DNA of 64,000 nucleotides from Leucoraja ocellata (Eukaryota), in assembly GCA_036785375.1 (NCBI GenBank), contig JAWMAR010000006.1, positions 13,144,001-13,208,000 of the forward strand, written 5' to 3'. Position 1 is the stretch's first letter. Each line of letters begins with the position of its first letter. Shown in pieces: positions 14,535 to 29,310 of this stretch. A program made the translations under genes and the position numbers. The notes under the pieces were generated by a model. That model was not told the origin of the DNA. It did no database searches and was given only the letters and a program-made list of their open reading frames with translations.

Positions 14535-16399
14535 TGACATGAACTGTGGGCTGCTGTGATCATCCAGCTTGGTTGAATGGTTTCTTACATGTCCTACCAT
14601 AGTTAAGCCTAAGGGGCCTTTGGGAGGGAAGGGCTTTGCAGATGGATCTGCACGGGAAATCTAAATGAATGGGACGTGTTTCCTAAGGCTGATGACTAGT
14701 AGAGCAAGTAAGTAGGAGTGGGACTGATCATTGAGACATAGGGTTGTATTCTAGATATAACGAGGAAGGGTGTGTTGTTGAGGCTGCAAATGTTGGGCAG
14801 TTCCATTTGAAGGAGTGGGTGAGCAAATGTTACATGTGGGAATCCAGTGGTTGGTGAGAAGAAATGTTTGGTCCCACTGATGGCTTGGGAAAAGTTGGTG
14901 ATCAGTAAGGTTAACTGATGATCCTTGGTTTCTGATTGGATGTCTTCATTTAATATTTAATATAGTTAATATTGAATATGGTAATGTTTATTTACATTTA
15001 ATGTTCATATCATTATAATATATTTATATAATTATAATGATTAATATTACTAATATTTAAATTGGAGGAAAATTGGTCATCTCCTTTGAAAATAGGAAAT
15101 AATGAGTTCCATACAAATTAAAGCTTCCAGGTTTATATTTTTTGCCAAATAGCCTCTGTCTTAACCATCTCAACTGTCACCTACATCTCCACATTCCACC
15201 TGCTTTGAAAGTATCTATCCAGGATTAATGCCTTGTGATGCAGTGTTTCTACCTGTGTCTGTGTGTGTATTTATTCTGGATATATAGCATTGTTTAAGAT
15301 GGCAGCATCTTTTCTGCAAGTCTCATTCTTTGCATACAAGGTTTTTATTAAATTCCAAAGGTAATGTGGATTGATTTATTTGAAACTCACATTATCAGCA
15401 ACCTTGAACATACTTTGATGAAATGGATATTTATGCATATGTATTTTTTTTTAAATAGGCATGAAATTGAAATGTTTGCTTATATAATTGTAATTGTATT
15501 ACATTTGTATTTGTTATTACAATTAGCTGTAACCAGGTAAAGTTAAAATGGTTACATTACAGTGAATGACCATAAATTCCAAGTAGTTACTTGGAAGAGT
15601 TCTGGTATTTGAGGAAGGATTCATAAACTATAATGTAATAAATTGATTTGGTGGTATATATTGCTTGGATTGTTCTCTATTTGTTGACATTATTCAGTAC
15701 AGTAATTGCTTCTGACTGACAGTAATGCTCTAGGCCATTGTAACTTTAATGCTGTTGAAACTTGGCTTTTCTTGGAAAAGTTTAACCTCCATTTTCTTTA
15801 GCAGAAAATTGTGCATTTTTTTAGTGCATTTCATTTTTGAGTTAACTAGAGTAGACGGATAGAAGAGGGATATGGACCAAGTGCAAGCAGATGGAACCTG
15901 CTTAGATTGGGCATCTTGGTCAACGTGGAATAGTTGGGCTGAAGAGCCCGTTTCCATGCTATATGACTCTGTGACTCTCTATGAGTACAACATGTATCAC
16001 AGCCAATTAATGACAGTGTTAAAAATGTCATTAGTGAATATTATCTTCGACGCGTAGACAGAAAATGTTGAAGATTCTTCTCTGGCCAGTTAGCTTTCAT
16101 GTAGATGAAAACAGAGTTAGCAATTTACGGTGTAACCCATCATCAAACTGCCTTAGTATTCCATTTTATATTCTGTGGAGTGTTTCGCAGGCTGGAAGGA
16201 ACAAAAAAAGCCTGTTTTCTCATGCTCTTCCACAAATACTTTGACCTGCCTTACAGACATTTTGTAGCTATTTAAATTATGCATGTACAATATATTACCA
16301 AGATCCAATAATAGTCATTGCATTAATTATAGTAAAATGTTTGCATTTTGATTGTGACTCTTTGCTAAAATGTTCTGATTTTGTGTATTTATGGATTAG

Positions 16400-16564
<165 letters not shown>

Positions 16565-16740
16565 TAAGTTCATGCAGCTGTTTTAATGTGAATTGTTGAA
16601 TACCGTATGTATTGTAAAATACGTTAGCGCTTTCACAAATATTATTTTTTTATTTTTGTTAATATAAGGAAGAGCATTTTAAACTGGTACTTCTGGCCAG
16701 TAGTGTTATAAATATTGCATTCTATATTTAAAAAAAAAGT

Positions 16741-16828
16741 CAAAGCGCTGGAGTATTTCAGCAGGTCAGGCAAATCTCTGGAGTGCATGGATAAGTGAGG
16801 TTTCAGGTCTGGACTCTTCTTCAGACTA
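16741..16828 (-). repeat. Penelope-associated terminal repeat with hammerhead-like core
   Basis: Minus strand reads CTGAAGA-AGAGTCCAGACCT-GAAA. Confidence 0.65.
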
Positions 16829-17539
16829 GGTTCTCTAGTAAAAGAACAGTAACCTGCAACATCACTTCAAATCACTAAAAATAAATTAATTGGCTGGCAA
16901 GGATGTGACTGTCATTTTTTATGGAATGACGCTAAGAGGATGTTTATTCTTTGTCATGTGAATTTTTGACATAATGGAAATGATATAGCCAATGTATGTG
17001 CTTTAAATAAGACCTTGGGTCCCTTGGTTTCACATCATAGTAATTGAACATTCAACTACTTGGCATTGGTTGCTATCCCTCAATTAAGGTTATATTTTAA
17101 CATTCCCTGGCATCTAAGCTCTACTGGATAATTGTTTTGAAGGAGAAACTTGGAGAATTGTGAGCAAGCTACTCTTAGGTTTCTTGCCGAATTAGCCATC
17201 ATTATTATTGTGATAGTGGGTATCAGTAAAGTGGAGATAAATCAGGGACAATGGATGGGAAAAGTTTGGGCGAACCGTGGAATATAATTGAACATTTTTT
17301 TTCTCCCGCTCAGTGCAACAGATTTTAATGCATAGTTATCACTGTACTCCAACCAAAAGCAATGAGGCCTTGTGTGGAACCATATGTCGCAGATACAAAT
17401 GATATTATTTTAAAACATTTTTAGTAAGTGGGACCTATTAGGTCCATTATGTAGGTCATTTATTTAAAATTAAAGTAATGGTATAACTATGCAGAAAGTT
17501 GGGTTAAAACAAAATCTCTTGAGGGGTAAAACAGCATTA

Positions 17540-17990
17540 AAATTTCAGTCAATACCCTTCTTCAGAACTGAAAATACAAAAAATCAGGTATATTTTATGT
17601 TGCACAAAGAGGAGACCAGTATAGAGAACTTAAAGAAATATATTTGGTAGTACATAGAGTGGAGATCGGGTCTGGATGCAGATGACAATACTTTTGGTGC
17701 TGTCTGGTTATTAGATGACTGGGTACATAGAGGGGAAAATAACCAAATGAACACACTATAACCAAGAAATGCAGAGCATGGCAGTTGCTGGATATCTCAA
17801 ACAAATGAGTATGTTGGGAATCCTTACAGTTCGAGTAGCATCTATGCAGAGAAAAACTGAGGAAGATATCAGAATCAGGCATATCTCACACAAATAGGAA
17901 AGGTTATATGGCAAAGATTGTCAACTTCAATATTAAGTCCAAAGGCTGCAACGAGATAAAAGATGAGGCAGTCACTCCTGATAAGGAAGA
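17540..17990 (-). mobile_element. Degenerate Penelope-like element 3' end
   Basis: Minus-frame LIF...GLNIEVDN resembles the PLE GIY-YIG C-terminal tail. It is followed by a CTGAAGA...GAAA motif at 17543-17565. Confidence 0.5.
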
Positions 17991-18409
17991 CGAGGCACCT
18001 TGTGGCAGTAACTCTTGTAGTCACCTGATTTACATTCGGTAAACAACATTCTGAATGCCAAATGTTTAAAAGAATAGATGTGAATTGGCGCTTCATATGC
18101 ACAGTGTCCCCACAAATGCTTATTTCCTCTATATTCCAATCGTGCTGAAGTGTCACTGACCTGAAAGCTTGATTTCTCTCTTTGTGGTAATGCTTGATCA
18201 CCTGATTATTTCCGGCACAGTGCTGGAGTGACTCAGTGGGTCAGGCTGCATATATCTGGATGACATGGATAGGAGATGTTAGGCTATTTATCCCTCCTCC
18301 ACAGATGACTAACCTGCTGAGTGTTTTTCTGTAAACCAGCATCTCTTTTCCCAGCACTTTCCATCTTTCTTTCAGATTTTCAACATTTGCAGTTTTGGAC
18401 CTCAGCTAG

Positions 18410-18742
<333 letters not shown>

Positions 18743-19162
18743 TGAAATCAATGAAATTTGAACTAAAATTGTGAAAAATATAAAGCCAATTAATAAATTA
18801 GCAAAATATGCAGAAAAATCCAAGCATTGGGAGAATATATACATAATTTGATGTTTCTGAAATGCATGATTTGTATATAATGCAAAAAAAAAGAATCCAT
18901 TGTGCAATTTAAGACCGTCAATATGCCCTGTCGTTATACTGGTGTAATTTTGATTCTTCCATGGATCGGAATCTTTCTGCATTGCTAGTTGTGCTGGCTA
19001 AAAATTGCAGAGCTGCCTTTTATAATACTTTAGTTTTGCCGCATGAATATTTTAGCTCTCATTTGTACTGAGGATGACAAAATGAATATATAGGCATTTA
19101 TGGTAGCTGAAGTAGCTTCCTTGAAACTTTATTTTCGTCTCCAGAAAGTTGCAATAGAAGAA

Positions 19163-20030
19163 CAAGATTCAAGATTCAATTTATTTGTCATTTGGACCCC
19201 TTGAGGTCCAAACGAAATGACGTTTCTGCAGCCATACCTTACAAACAAATAGACCCAAGACACAACAACACAACATAATTTACATAAACATCCATCACAT
19301 CGCTGTGATGGAAGGCCAAAAAAACTTATCTCTCCACTGCACTCTCCCCCCCCCCCCCCCCCCCCGATGTCAGAGTCAAAGTCATAGCCCCCGGCTGGCG
19401 ATGGCGATTGTCCCGCGGCCATTAAAGCCACACCGGGTGGTGCAAGATCGCACACCGGGTTCTTGATGTTAGAGCCCCCGGCGTGCGCTTGCAGAGTCCC
19501 GCGGCCATTCCAAGCCGCGGGGGGCGGTGCTGTAAGGCCCCGCTCCAGGAGTTCTTCGACCCCGCAACTCGGGCGGGAGAAGTCGCGTTGCGGGAGCCCT
19601 GAAAAGCGGTCTTCCTCCAGTGACCCGCGGGCTCCTGGTGCCGCCGTCCGCCAGACCCACAGTTGCAGCCTCCGAATCTCCGGAGGTCGGGCCGCAGCAG
19701 CAGCAGCGCTCCACCACCGCTCCACCCGCTCCGGTCTCGGCCAGCTCTGCGACGGTGAGGTGAGTCGTCGGCACCAGAGCCCCCGGTCTTCTCCTGTTGG
19801 AGGCCGCTCCTCGTTGCAGCCCCAACGACAACGGAGACCCGACAAAGAAAAGGTCGGGTCTCCCGTGCAGGGAGAGATTAAAGTTACCCCCTCCCTCCCA
19901 CCCCACCCCCACCCCCCCCACACACACACACACCCCAACAAAAAATAACAAAAACTACATAAAAACATAGACAAAAAATAATAAAAACGCAGACGGGCTG
20001 CAGAGGCCGCTGCTGACGAGAGTCGCGCCA
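19163..20030 (-). mobile_element. Young GC/CpG-rich non-autonomous retroelement (~870 bp) with (TTGAATC)n tail
   Basis: Sharp CpG-rich island in an AT-rich intron; the minus strand starts GATGGCGCGACTC and ends gacaaataaa+(ttgaatc)n. Confidence 0.75.
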
Positions 20031-20277
20031 TCATGTAGTTGAATGCAGCACAGAACATGCTTGTCATGTAGTTGAATGCAGTACTCTTACTGATTATGCG
20101 AAATGTGTCAAGTCTTATAGTATCTGGGCACCAATCTCTTACACAAAGCTAAACAACTTAGAAAGCTTGTCATTAAATATAGCTTCCTCAATGGGTTCCT
20201 CAATGTAAATTATTTTGAATCCATGTAATTAACATGAGATGTTATCCCATTATTGGTTATTGAGCTTTGCTGAAGAA

Positions 20278-21004
20278 TTTAGAAGTATTTCAACATATAT
20301 CATTTATTATGTCTCAGAATTTTAAATATAGATTGATCAATTTCAAAACAATTAAACTATGCATATTCATGTACTCGGGAGGTGTGTCATTTAAAAAAAA
20401 AGTACATTATTTTTATATGTGTAAATGTGCTTTCATGGGCGAATTGATTATTGCCTGTTTAATCATGTTTGATCAGAAATTAATTATATCAGGGTTTCAA
20501 TTGGAAATATTTGAAGCCAGGTAAGATAAATTATGTTATCTTGTTACGCAGCTTGTAGAGCTGCTGCCTCATAGCACCAGAAGACCAGGGTTCAATCCTG
20601 ACTTTGAATGCTGTGTGGTGTATGCATGTTCTTGATGACTGTGTGCAGTTCTACCGGGCGCTTGGTTTCGTCCCACATCCCAAAGACATGTTGGTTTGTA
20701 GGATAATTGGCGTCTGACAGTTGATCCTAATTTGTCAGGAGTGCATGAGAAAGTTTGATAACTAGTGTTCGATGACAAGAGTGGACTTGTTGGGCTGAAG
20801 GGCCTGTTTCCACATTGTATGCTTCAATTCAGTCCATCAATTGTCAGTGAATGCCGTTTGGCAAATTGGATGATTTGTGATTTTCTTTACCCTAAAGATA
20901 CAATATGTAACAAATATGCATAGTTTAATTATGTTTTGAAATTGATAAATCTATATTTAAAATTCTGAGATATAATAAATTATATATGTTGAAATGCTTC
21001 TAAA
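20278..21004. repeat. ~90-bp inverted repeat (arms 20278-20367 and 20913-21004)
   Basis: By manual alignment the arms are reverse complements with 4 substitutions and one 2-nt indel. Confidence 0.9.
20547..20832 (+). mobile_element. HE1-type V-SINE
   Basis: tRNA-like head (gtagagctgctgcctc...gggttcaatcctg), V-domain and gggctgaagggcctgtttcc tail. Confidence 0.8.
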
Positions 21005-21285
21005 AGAACATGGTACATTTTGATGCACAAGATAATGATTAATGTTCAGCTATTCCTAATAGACTCGGGTGTGACACATGTAAGGAAACTGCAAACATGT
21101 CAATGCCACCGTGCTGGTGTGGCAAACATTTTTAATAGTTGTGATTCTAATTATTTAATTGTTTTATTGTGACGAATGCCATAGAGGAATAAAATAGAAT
21201 TCATATTCAGTTCAGAATAATTGTTATAGTTTTTTTGTGATGAGATATGTTATAAAATATAATCTATTACCTTCATATATGTTAA

Positions 21286-21426
<141 letters not shown>

Positions 21427-21775
21427 TAATGTCTTCTCATTGAAGCCTGGGGAAAGGGGAAATTAGGCCTGCTTAGATGTTTGGTTGTTCTGCTATAATG
21501 CATTTCCATGGCGCAAATTGAATATAAAGACTAATGAATTAGGGAACAGCATTTGGATTGCCAAGCCGAATTGGATGTAACACGATTTCAGTTGGGAATG
21601 AGAGAACCATTTCAAAATTACTTTGAATTTGGCAAGTGGGAAAAAAAGCTGCCTTGTGAAAATGATAGTACATGTAAAAAAACTGTTTCTGGTAGTGTTG
21701 TCATAATAATCAGATACAATTGTCTCTTAAGAACACAGTTGACACTTATAGTATCACAAACTATAAATGTGGTCA

Positions 21776-22061
21776 TTTAAATTGTCGACCAATCACTTCC
21801 GTTGACAATCGTGCAATGATACTCCATTAAATTATGTAATGTCCAGCCTTTAGTATTTTTAGTAGGCAATAATAAAAAATAAACTTATTGCTCTTGCAAA
21901 GATCTTTATTTTTGAAAATCCTTCGAAAAAATCTTTGTTATTAGAGTCTGAAACGCTCTATCCTCTAACCCCTCTCTCCCCACTTCGCAGTAGTCTTTAT
22001 AATGTGACTTTCTATAACACAAGATTTGTTAATTACTGAATTATAGCAGAACTGCCTTTAA
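21776..22061 (+). mobile_element. DNA transposon right-end fragment (Kolobok-like)
   Basis: Homologous to 44730-45030; ends ...gcagaactgcCTTTAA. Confidence 0.5.
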
Positions 22062-22944
22062 TACAATAATAAGGGAATCCTTGTTGAACTTACTCAAATT
22101 TGAATCCACCTAATGTTTTAATTGATTCATAATAATGTGAAGGCTGTAATAAAGGAAAGTATAATTGCAAAGACGAAATTAGTATTTGAGCTTGAGTTTG
22201 GCCGACAAAATGGGATGCTCATTTACACATTAGGCTTCTATTGGTGCAATTTTCTCTTCATTACAGAATTATCCACTGCAATCACTAAACAGACACAGAA
22301 TTCTCAAGTACTGAGCAAGTTGTCCAGCTTGTACTTTGCATCTAAACTTTCCACCTATTCACTGAATTGCAACATTTTGGTGGCAGTGCAAAAGGCTAAT
22401 ATTACTCCCCCCTCAGCTAATCTTTACGACTATCATTAATGAAAAGGGCCATTAAAAATCTTCTTTGTCAATGTGGAAAATGGCAACTGGAAGTATTTTA
22501 TAACAAAATACGTCAGTGGCAAGATACATTTATCCATATTGCACGTTCCATTTAACATAGCAGGCAGAAAACAATGTGTGAGCCAAAATTAATGTCGCAC
22601 TTCCATTTAAAGTCAGCAATGCAGTACATTATTAGTATTTTTGTTCAATTGTTTATCTATCAATTATCCCATGAGGTAGATCTATTACTTTGAAGTTCTC
22701 AAACTTGAAATCCATGTTTTTGATTATACAGTCGTGGTCAAAAGCTTGCCAGCCTGGGTTTCTATAATTTGCGGCAGATGCTTTCAGTGACTGTTTAGAC
22801 TTTTGTGGTGAGGTGAATGTTGGTGTTATCGATAAGTGCAGGAAGAGGAGAACTAATGCAACAGCTCACTGCAGTTATTAACACTCGCAGTAGAGGCAGG
22901 GTAACTCTCATTCCTTCCAGCTCCACATAAAGTTTTTTTTTTAT

Positions 22945-23215
22945 AGTAGCACAGTGGCACCAGCTGGTAGTTCTGCCCTCACCCAGCACCATAGACCCCG
23001 GGTCAATCCTGACTTGGGTGCTGACTGTGTGGAGTTTGCACATTCTCCCTATGACCGTGTGGATTTGACCTCTGAAAATTGTCCTTAGTGTGTAGGGAGT
23101 GGATGAGAAAGTGGGATAACGTAGAACTAGTGCGAATAGGTAATCAATAGTCAGTGTGGACTCGGTGAGCTGAAGGGTCTGTTTCTTTGCTTTATCTTTC
23201 ACTCAATTCAATCAA
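22945..23215 (+). mobile_element. HE1-type V-SINE
   Basis: Head, V-domain ggagtttgcacattctcc and (TCAA) tail. Confidence 0.8.
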
Positions 23216-24033
23216 TCGGTTTTGTTGATTGCCCCAGTGTTTCCAATAAGTGCAGGAAACCCTTGGGTTTTGCTGCTGAAACACCAAAAGTAAAAATCTA
23301 GAGTCAATTCTTGGTTGTAACTTATTTTGTGAACTTCTCTTGAAACAAGTTTAACATTTAACAAGAGACTGTGTCTATTCTGCACAAATTGGAATTTATT
23401 GTATTTCAAGCCTCCTCGGTTTTCCTGATTAATAAGGGTCACAGCAGAGATCAATTTCCAGTCCAGTTGAATCTTTTTCCTTCTACCAGAGGCCACTATA
23501 AAAGTTGATTTTTTTTTGTGCTGTGACTGAATCTACTGAACCATAGAATATTGATAAACAATGATGTCTGCACAGAAGCAAGGTTTCTGATACATTTATA
23601 ATATTGCCATATAATTTAATGTCACCTGTTCCATGTATTAGTGGGTAGAAATGAAATATAATTGATTGGTAAAGCTAAGTTCGAAATTTGAAAGTAAATT
23701 ATATTATTTTCCAATTTTGCATAACTTCCTTATGTGCATGTGTTACAACACATTGGAGAGAGCAAAATGCTGAGATGAGTTCAATAACTAATAAGAATTA
23801 CCTTTTTAAAAATAACATTAAAATAATTCCCTAGTTTGAATATTTTAGTGAAAATTCATCCTCTGCTGAGTGGATGTTCTAATCATGCTTCTTGAGTGTA
23901 CATGTTAGTTCCATCTGGAATTGAATTTTAAGAATGGAGTACATTGAGCATATGATTCCTTGCATGTATATATATACTTGGCTAATAAAATGTATTCAAT
24001 TCAAATCAATTCAGTGACGGAGAATAAATTTCT

Positions 24034-24480
24034 ACCATAGAACCATATAACCATATAACAATTACAGCACGGAAACAGGCCATCTCGACCCTTCTAGGCT
24101 GTGCCGAGCACGTATTCTCCCCATCCCATATACCTGCGTTCAGACCATAACCTCCATTCCTTTCCTGTCCGTATAACTATCCAATTTATTTTTAAATGAT
24201 AAAAACGAACCTGCCTCCACCCCCTTCACTGGAAGCTCATTCCACACAGCCATCACTCTCTGAGTAAAGAAGTTCCCCCTCATGTTACCCCTAAAATTCT
24301 GTCCCTTAATTCTCAAGTCATGTCCCCTTGTTTGAATCTTCCCTACTCTCAGTGGGAAAAGCTTATCCACGTCAACTGTCTATCCCTCTCATCATTTTAA
24401 AGCCCTCTATCAAGTCCCCCCTTAACCTTCTGCGCTCCAAAGAATAAAGCCCTAACTTGTTCAACCTTTCTCTGTAACTC
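24034..24480 (-). mobile_element. CR1/HER1-type LINE 3' fragment
   Basis: ORF 24140..24370 (TRGHDLRIKG...FFTQRV..VWNELP); (TTATATGG)n tail. Confidence 0.85.
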
Positions 24481-24485
24481 TGTAA

Positions 24486-24719
<234 letters not shown>

Positions 24720-25680
24720 TAATAGAATTAATATTTAATGAATACAGATTTTGTAGTTTGAAACTAGGGAAAGTCGACCAAAATACATTCCTAAAGATTA
24801 AGACGTATCATCTGGAGTTATTGCTGATTAGAGGCTGGTTACCCTACGTTGACCAATTAGCACAAAGGATAGGAATTTCAAGCATAAATAACTTCTAAAC
24901 AATGTTTATGTGATCTTTTAAACTAGTTAAAAACCTTTTGTTGGAATATCATCTGCCCAAACAACTAGCCTGATCCCTTAACTGAATCAATCAACATTGC
25001 AATATTGTCCAATTATAGGATGTTGAAGAGATGCTCTCAAAATTAAGCACAAGAAAGCAAATAGGAATCTTTGGAAACATCTTGTTTTTAAATTGGAAAG
25101 ATACTGTTATAATTGGTGAGGATAAAATATTTGAATCATTCAGGACAAATTTATATAATGACGATTCGACGTGAATTGCAAAAAGAAGGGTATTTAAGAG
25201 AATTCAGTTTTGGATGATTAAACAGATTGCGTCTGAAAACCTATCACCTGATCCATTTTCTCCAGAGATGCTGTCTGTCCCGCTGTGTTATTCCAGCATT
25301 TTAAGCAAATTTCAGGTTGGAGAGGAACAGAAAATCAAACGAAAGTTGGTAAATCAGCTCCATTTTAAATCAGCTCCATTTTGTATGAATAGCTATTTCA
25401 CAATATTAGCATGCTGTGATTTCTTAATTATACACTTAAAATAGATCAGAGCAGCCCACTGAGAACATAGATTTGAATTATGTCTGTTTTTCAATGTAAG
25501 AAAAAAAGGTTTTCCTTAAAACAAATAACATGCTGCTGAGTAATGTTTCCAGCTTTGTAAAATGATTCTTATACATATGCAATATCTACAGGGCAACACT
25601 ATTAGAGTGCTGTTTGATGAAGGTATTTAAAAGGACAAAAAACAATCTTAGAAATCTTCAAACATATTTCATTCTCATAG

Positions 25681-25845
<165 letters not shown>

Positions 25846-27040
25846 TAAGAAATTATATCAGCATTTGTGTAATTTGATACACCACTTTAGCCTTAACTGC
25901 TCACTTTCCCAGAGCTACACACTTTAGAATGCAATTAGGTTTTATTAGTCTGAGAGGAGCATATCCTTTCAGCCCATACTTGTATTTTTAACTATGGAAG
26001 AACGTGGATAAAATTAATTTACTGCAGTATTCTGATTAAAATACACTGATATTTTGGAAAGCTCATAATAATAAAATGATACCTCATTAGCAGCAGTGGC
26101 CATTTACTTTCAAGGATTGTGGTGGTTTGGCCTCATTACATAAAAAAATAATTAGATGGTTTCTTTATAATGTTTGAAGTTCCCTTAAGGCTGCCTTTAT
26201 AACCTTAGACTTTGAACCTGCATATAACACATCAATAATAGTCCAATGCATCGGGACCTAAAATTCAATTTCAGAGCATACAGCTTTAGTACAGTGTGCA
26301 TGCCAGAACATTTATCACAAGAAATGTGCCAAATGCCGTCTATCTAATGAACAGCATCAGTAAGAAGTATTGGAAGATCGCATTGTTAGTTGATGTCATT
26401 GTGAGTACAGATCTGTTACTTAATAATCTAACAATGTGTGGCATTTAGCAAACAATGATTAAAATGTCAAATGTATATAAAGATTCAAAGTGACTTGGTT
26501 CAATCTGAAACTAGGGTCTTAAATTTGAACAAAGCAAATGATAAAGGTATGAGGCATGAGCAGTAAAGCTAAGGATTTGGGAATATTTAAGAATTCAGCA
26601 GTATCAAGAAAATGAGAAGGAAAGGAAAGGTAAGAATACAAGAGAATCCCAAATATCTTGAGGTAATATTGGCTGAAGATAATAAACCAAACTTTTAACA
26701 TCTATTTTCTCTTGGTTATTTATAGAATTTCACAGACTCATAGAGCTGTATAGCACAGAAATAGGCCCTTCGGCCCACCTTGTTCAAGTCGACCAAATTG
26801 GAGTAAGGGGTAGTCAATCACAGTCAATTATCTTTTTGATTATTGCTTATTGATTTAATGTACAATTTGCATAAAATTTAATCTTCTGTTGCATAAGTTT
26901 AGCATTTCTCTTGGCTACTAGGATCTTTGCATGACATAACTGAATAGAATTCTGCATTTTTCATGCCTGTGCCAATCCTTAAGTTTATACTTATTAGTTC
27001 AGCTATGGGAGGCAAATATCTATTGAATTAATGCAAGAAG

Positions 27041-27322
27041 GGGTGGCGCAGTGGTAGAGCTGCTGCCTGACAGCACCAAACCCGGGTTCAATCTTGACGT
27101 TGGATGTGAATTTGCACGTTCTCCCTGTGACCGTGTGACTTTACTCCGGGAAGTTCAGTTTCCTCCCACATCCCAATGACGTGCAGGTTTGTAGGTTAAT
27201 TGGCTTCTGTAAATTGTCACTAGTGTGTAGAAAGTGGGATAACCTGGAAACTAGTGTGAAGATGATCGGTGTGGACTCGCCGGACTGAAGAGCCTGTTTC
27301 CATGCTGTATCTCTAAACTAAA
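27041..27322 (+). mobile_element. HE1-type V-SINE, near full length
   Basis: ggtggcgcagtggtagag A-box, gggttcaatc B-box, V-domain and ctctaaactaaa tail. Confidence 0.85.
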
Positions 27323-27781
27323 TGATGAAAAGATTTATATAGCATTTTAATAAATAATTTTTTTTTGCTTTTCTGGGCAAGAATCTGGAAATCGGTTTCT
27401 TTATCAGGCAATATAATATAACTAAAGTGTAGCTATACTAATGAATAATCCTGAGTCCGTGCAAAAGTATTGCATCTAATAAAAATAATTTTGCAAAGAT
27501 TTTAGTGCAAGTGTTAATTAAAAGCCATCTGTGTTATTCATGTTCTATTCCAATATATTTAGATACTTAGTAGGAATAGAAAAATCCAATCTTTGGGTAG
27601 CTATGGCAACTTTAAAATTAGAATTCCACATCATTGAAAGAGTAGAAAGATGTAAGACTCGCATTTCAACATGATATTCACCACCTTGGAAGTTTTATTT
27701 CATGGGTGTATTTAGATTGGTAATCTATCAGGCACTTAAAAAGGTATTTTTATACCCATCTGATTCTGTTTGATTCTTCAG

Positions 27782-27915
27782 AATAAAAAGGCAGAGGTTC
27801 CCCCAGAAGAGCAAGGGCCTAGCACCAGAAATTTGGACTTTTGGTCCAAACTTATCACACTGATTGTTTCAATCATAGAAGAGGACAAGAATTCATACAC
27901 TCACTGCCTCAATCA
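27782..27915 (+). CDS. unc13a: unc13a exon (~26): [45 protein letters not shown]
   Basis: cttcag| and |gtaagt, 134 nt. Confidence 0.96.
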
Positions 27916-28119
27916 GTAAGTTCATATTTTTATTAGTTTACAGATCAAATAAGTGCTGTTTATAAAATATTTAATATGTATGAATCTTAAAGCAGGTGTT
28001 GAATTGCCTGCTAGCCTCAGATGGTAGTTTTTGCTAGTTAGCCATCTGCCATATTAAAAATCAGCAGAAGTGATAAATGTGATTTTTGTCTATAAAATAT
28101 TGATGGTGCAATCTGGGCT

Positions 28120-28860
28120 AAACATAGAAACATAGAAATTAGGTGCAGGAGTAGGCCATTCGGCCCTTCGAGCCTGCACCGCCATTCAATATGATCATGG
28201 CTGATCATCCAACTCGGTATCACGTACCTGCCTTCTCTCCATACCCCCTGATCCCCTTAGCCACAAGGGCCACATCTAACTCCCTCTTAAATGTAGCCAA
28301 TGAACTGGCCTCAACTACCCTATGTGGCAGAGAGTTCCAGAGATTCACCACTCTCTGTGTGAAAAAAGTTCTTCTCATCTCGGTTTTAAAGGATTTCCCA
28401 CTTATCCTTAAGCTGTGACCCCTTGTCCTGGACTTCCCTAACATCGGGAACAATCGTCCTGCATCTAGCCTGTCCAACCCCTTAAGAATTTTGTAAGTTT
28501 CTATAAGATCCCCTCTCAATCTCCTAAATTCTAGAGAGTATAAACCAAGTCTATCCAGTCTTTCTTCATAAGACAGTCCTGACATCCCAGGAAGCAGTCT
28601 GGTGAACCGTCTCTGCACTCCCTCTATGGCAATAATGTCCCTCCTCAGATTTGGAGACCAAAACTGTACGCAATACTCCAGGTGTGGTCTCACCAAGACC
28701 CTGTACAACTGCAGTAGAACCTCCCTGCTCCTATACTTAAATCCTTGCAATGAAAGCTAACATACCATTCACTTTCTTTACTGCCTGCTGCACCTGCATG
28801 CCTATCTTCAATGACTGGTGTACCATGACACCCAGGTCTCGCTGCATCTCCCCCTTTCCC
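28120..28860 (-). mobile_element. CR1/HER1-type LINE 3' fragment
   Basis: ORF 28220..28750 (LYRVLVRPHLEYCVQFWSP...RRLRGDLIETYKI...TRGHSL); (TTTCTATG)n tail. Confidence 0.92.
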
Positions 28861-29029
28861 TTTAGGAAAAGATAACATCTTTGCTATTCAGCTGCAGCAA
28901 TATTTAAATTAAGAGATAACAGAAAACCCTCTATGTTTAATTGCTCAATTACTTTATCTACACTTTATATACTTATTGGCATTGACAGCACATATTTAAT
29001 TAATATCCTTCCTATGTATAGGAAGGAAC

Positions 29030-29310
29030 GAAGGAGAACCCGGCGTGGGAGGACCGGCCGTGAGGGAGGGGGAAGAACAATGGGGTCCAGCATGGGGGGA
29101 CCATCGTAAGGGGAGGGAAGGACAATGGAGGACCTGACGTGGGGGGGACTGCCGTGACGGGGGGAAGGGGGAGAATAAAGGGGGACTTGGCACAGGATTT
29201 CTTTGTAACTTTGAAAGAGCCCTTTGTGGGCAACTATTTGCATACCTTGGGTATGCAAGCAAAGAATTTCACTGTGACTTGTCACATGTGACAATAAAGT
29301 ATTCATCCGC
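29030..29310 (+). mobile_element. Non-autonomous retroelement 3' part with ~47-bp G-rich tandem units
   Basis: About 3 degenerate ggaccrccgtgagggaggggaag..acaatgg units, then a tgtgacaataaa 3' end. Confidence 0.55.

Noticed and set aside
19129-20067. 312-aa ORF plus overlapping 160-161 aa ORFs on both strands
   Set aside because: They coincide with a GC-rich repeat where stop codons are rare; low-complexity translation with no domain.
25351-25382. Short tandem duplications (16-bp here; also ~13014-13049 and ~31333-31375)
   Set aside because: Ordinary slippage or junction duplications, not CRISPR-like arrays.
27041-27100. tRNA-like A/B boxes
   Set aside because: These are V-SINE heads, not tRNA genes; no full cloverleaf.
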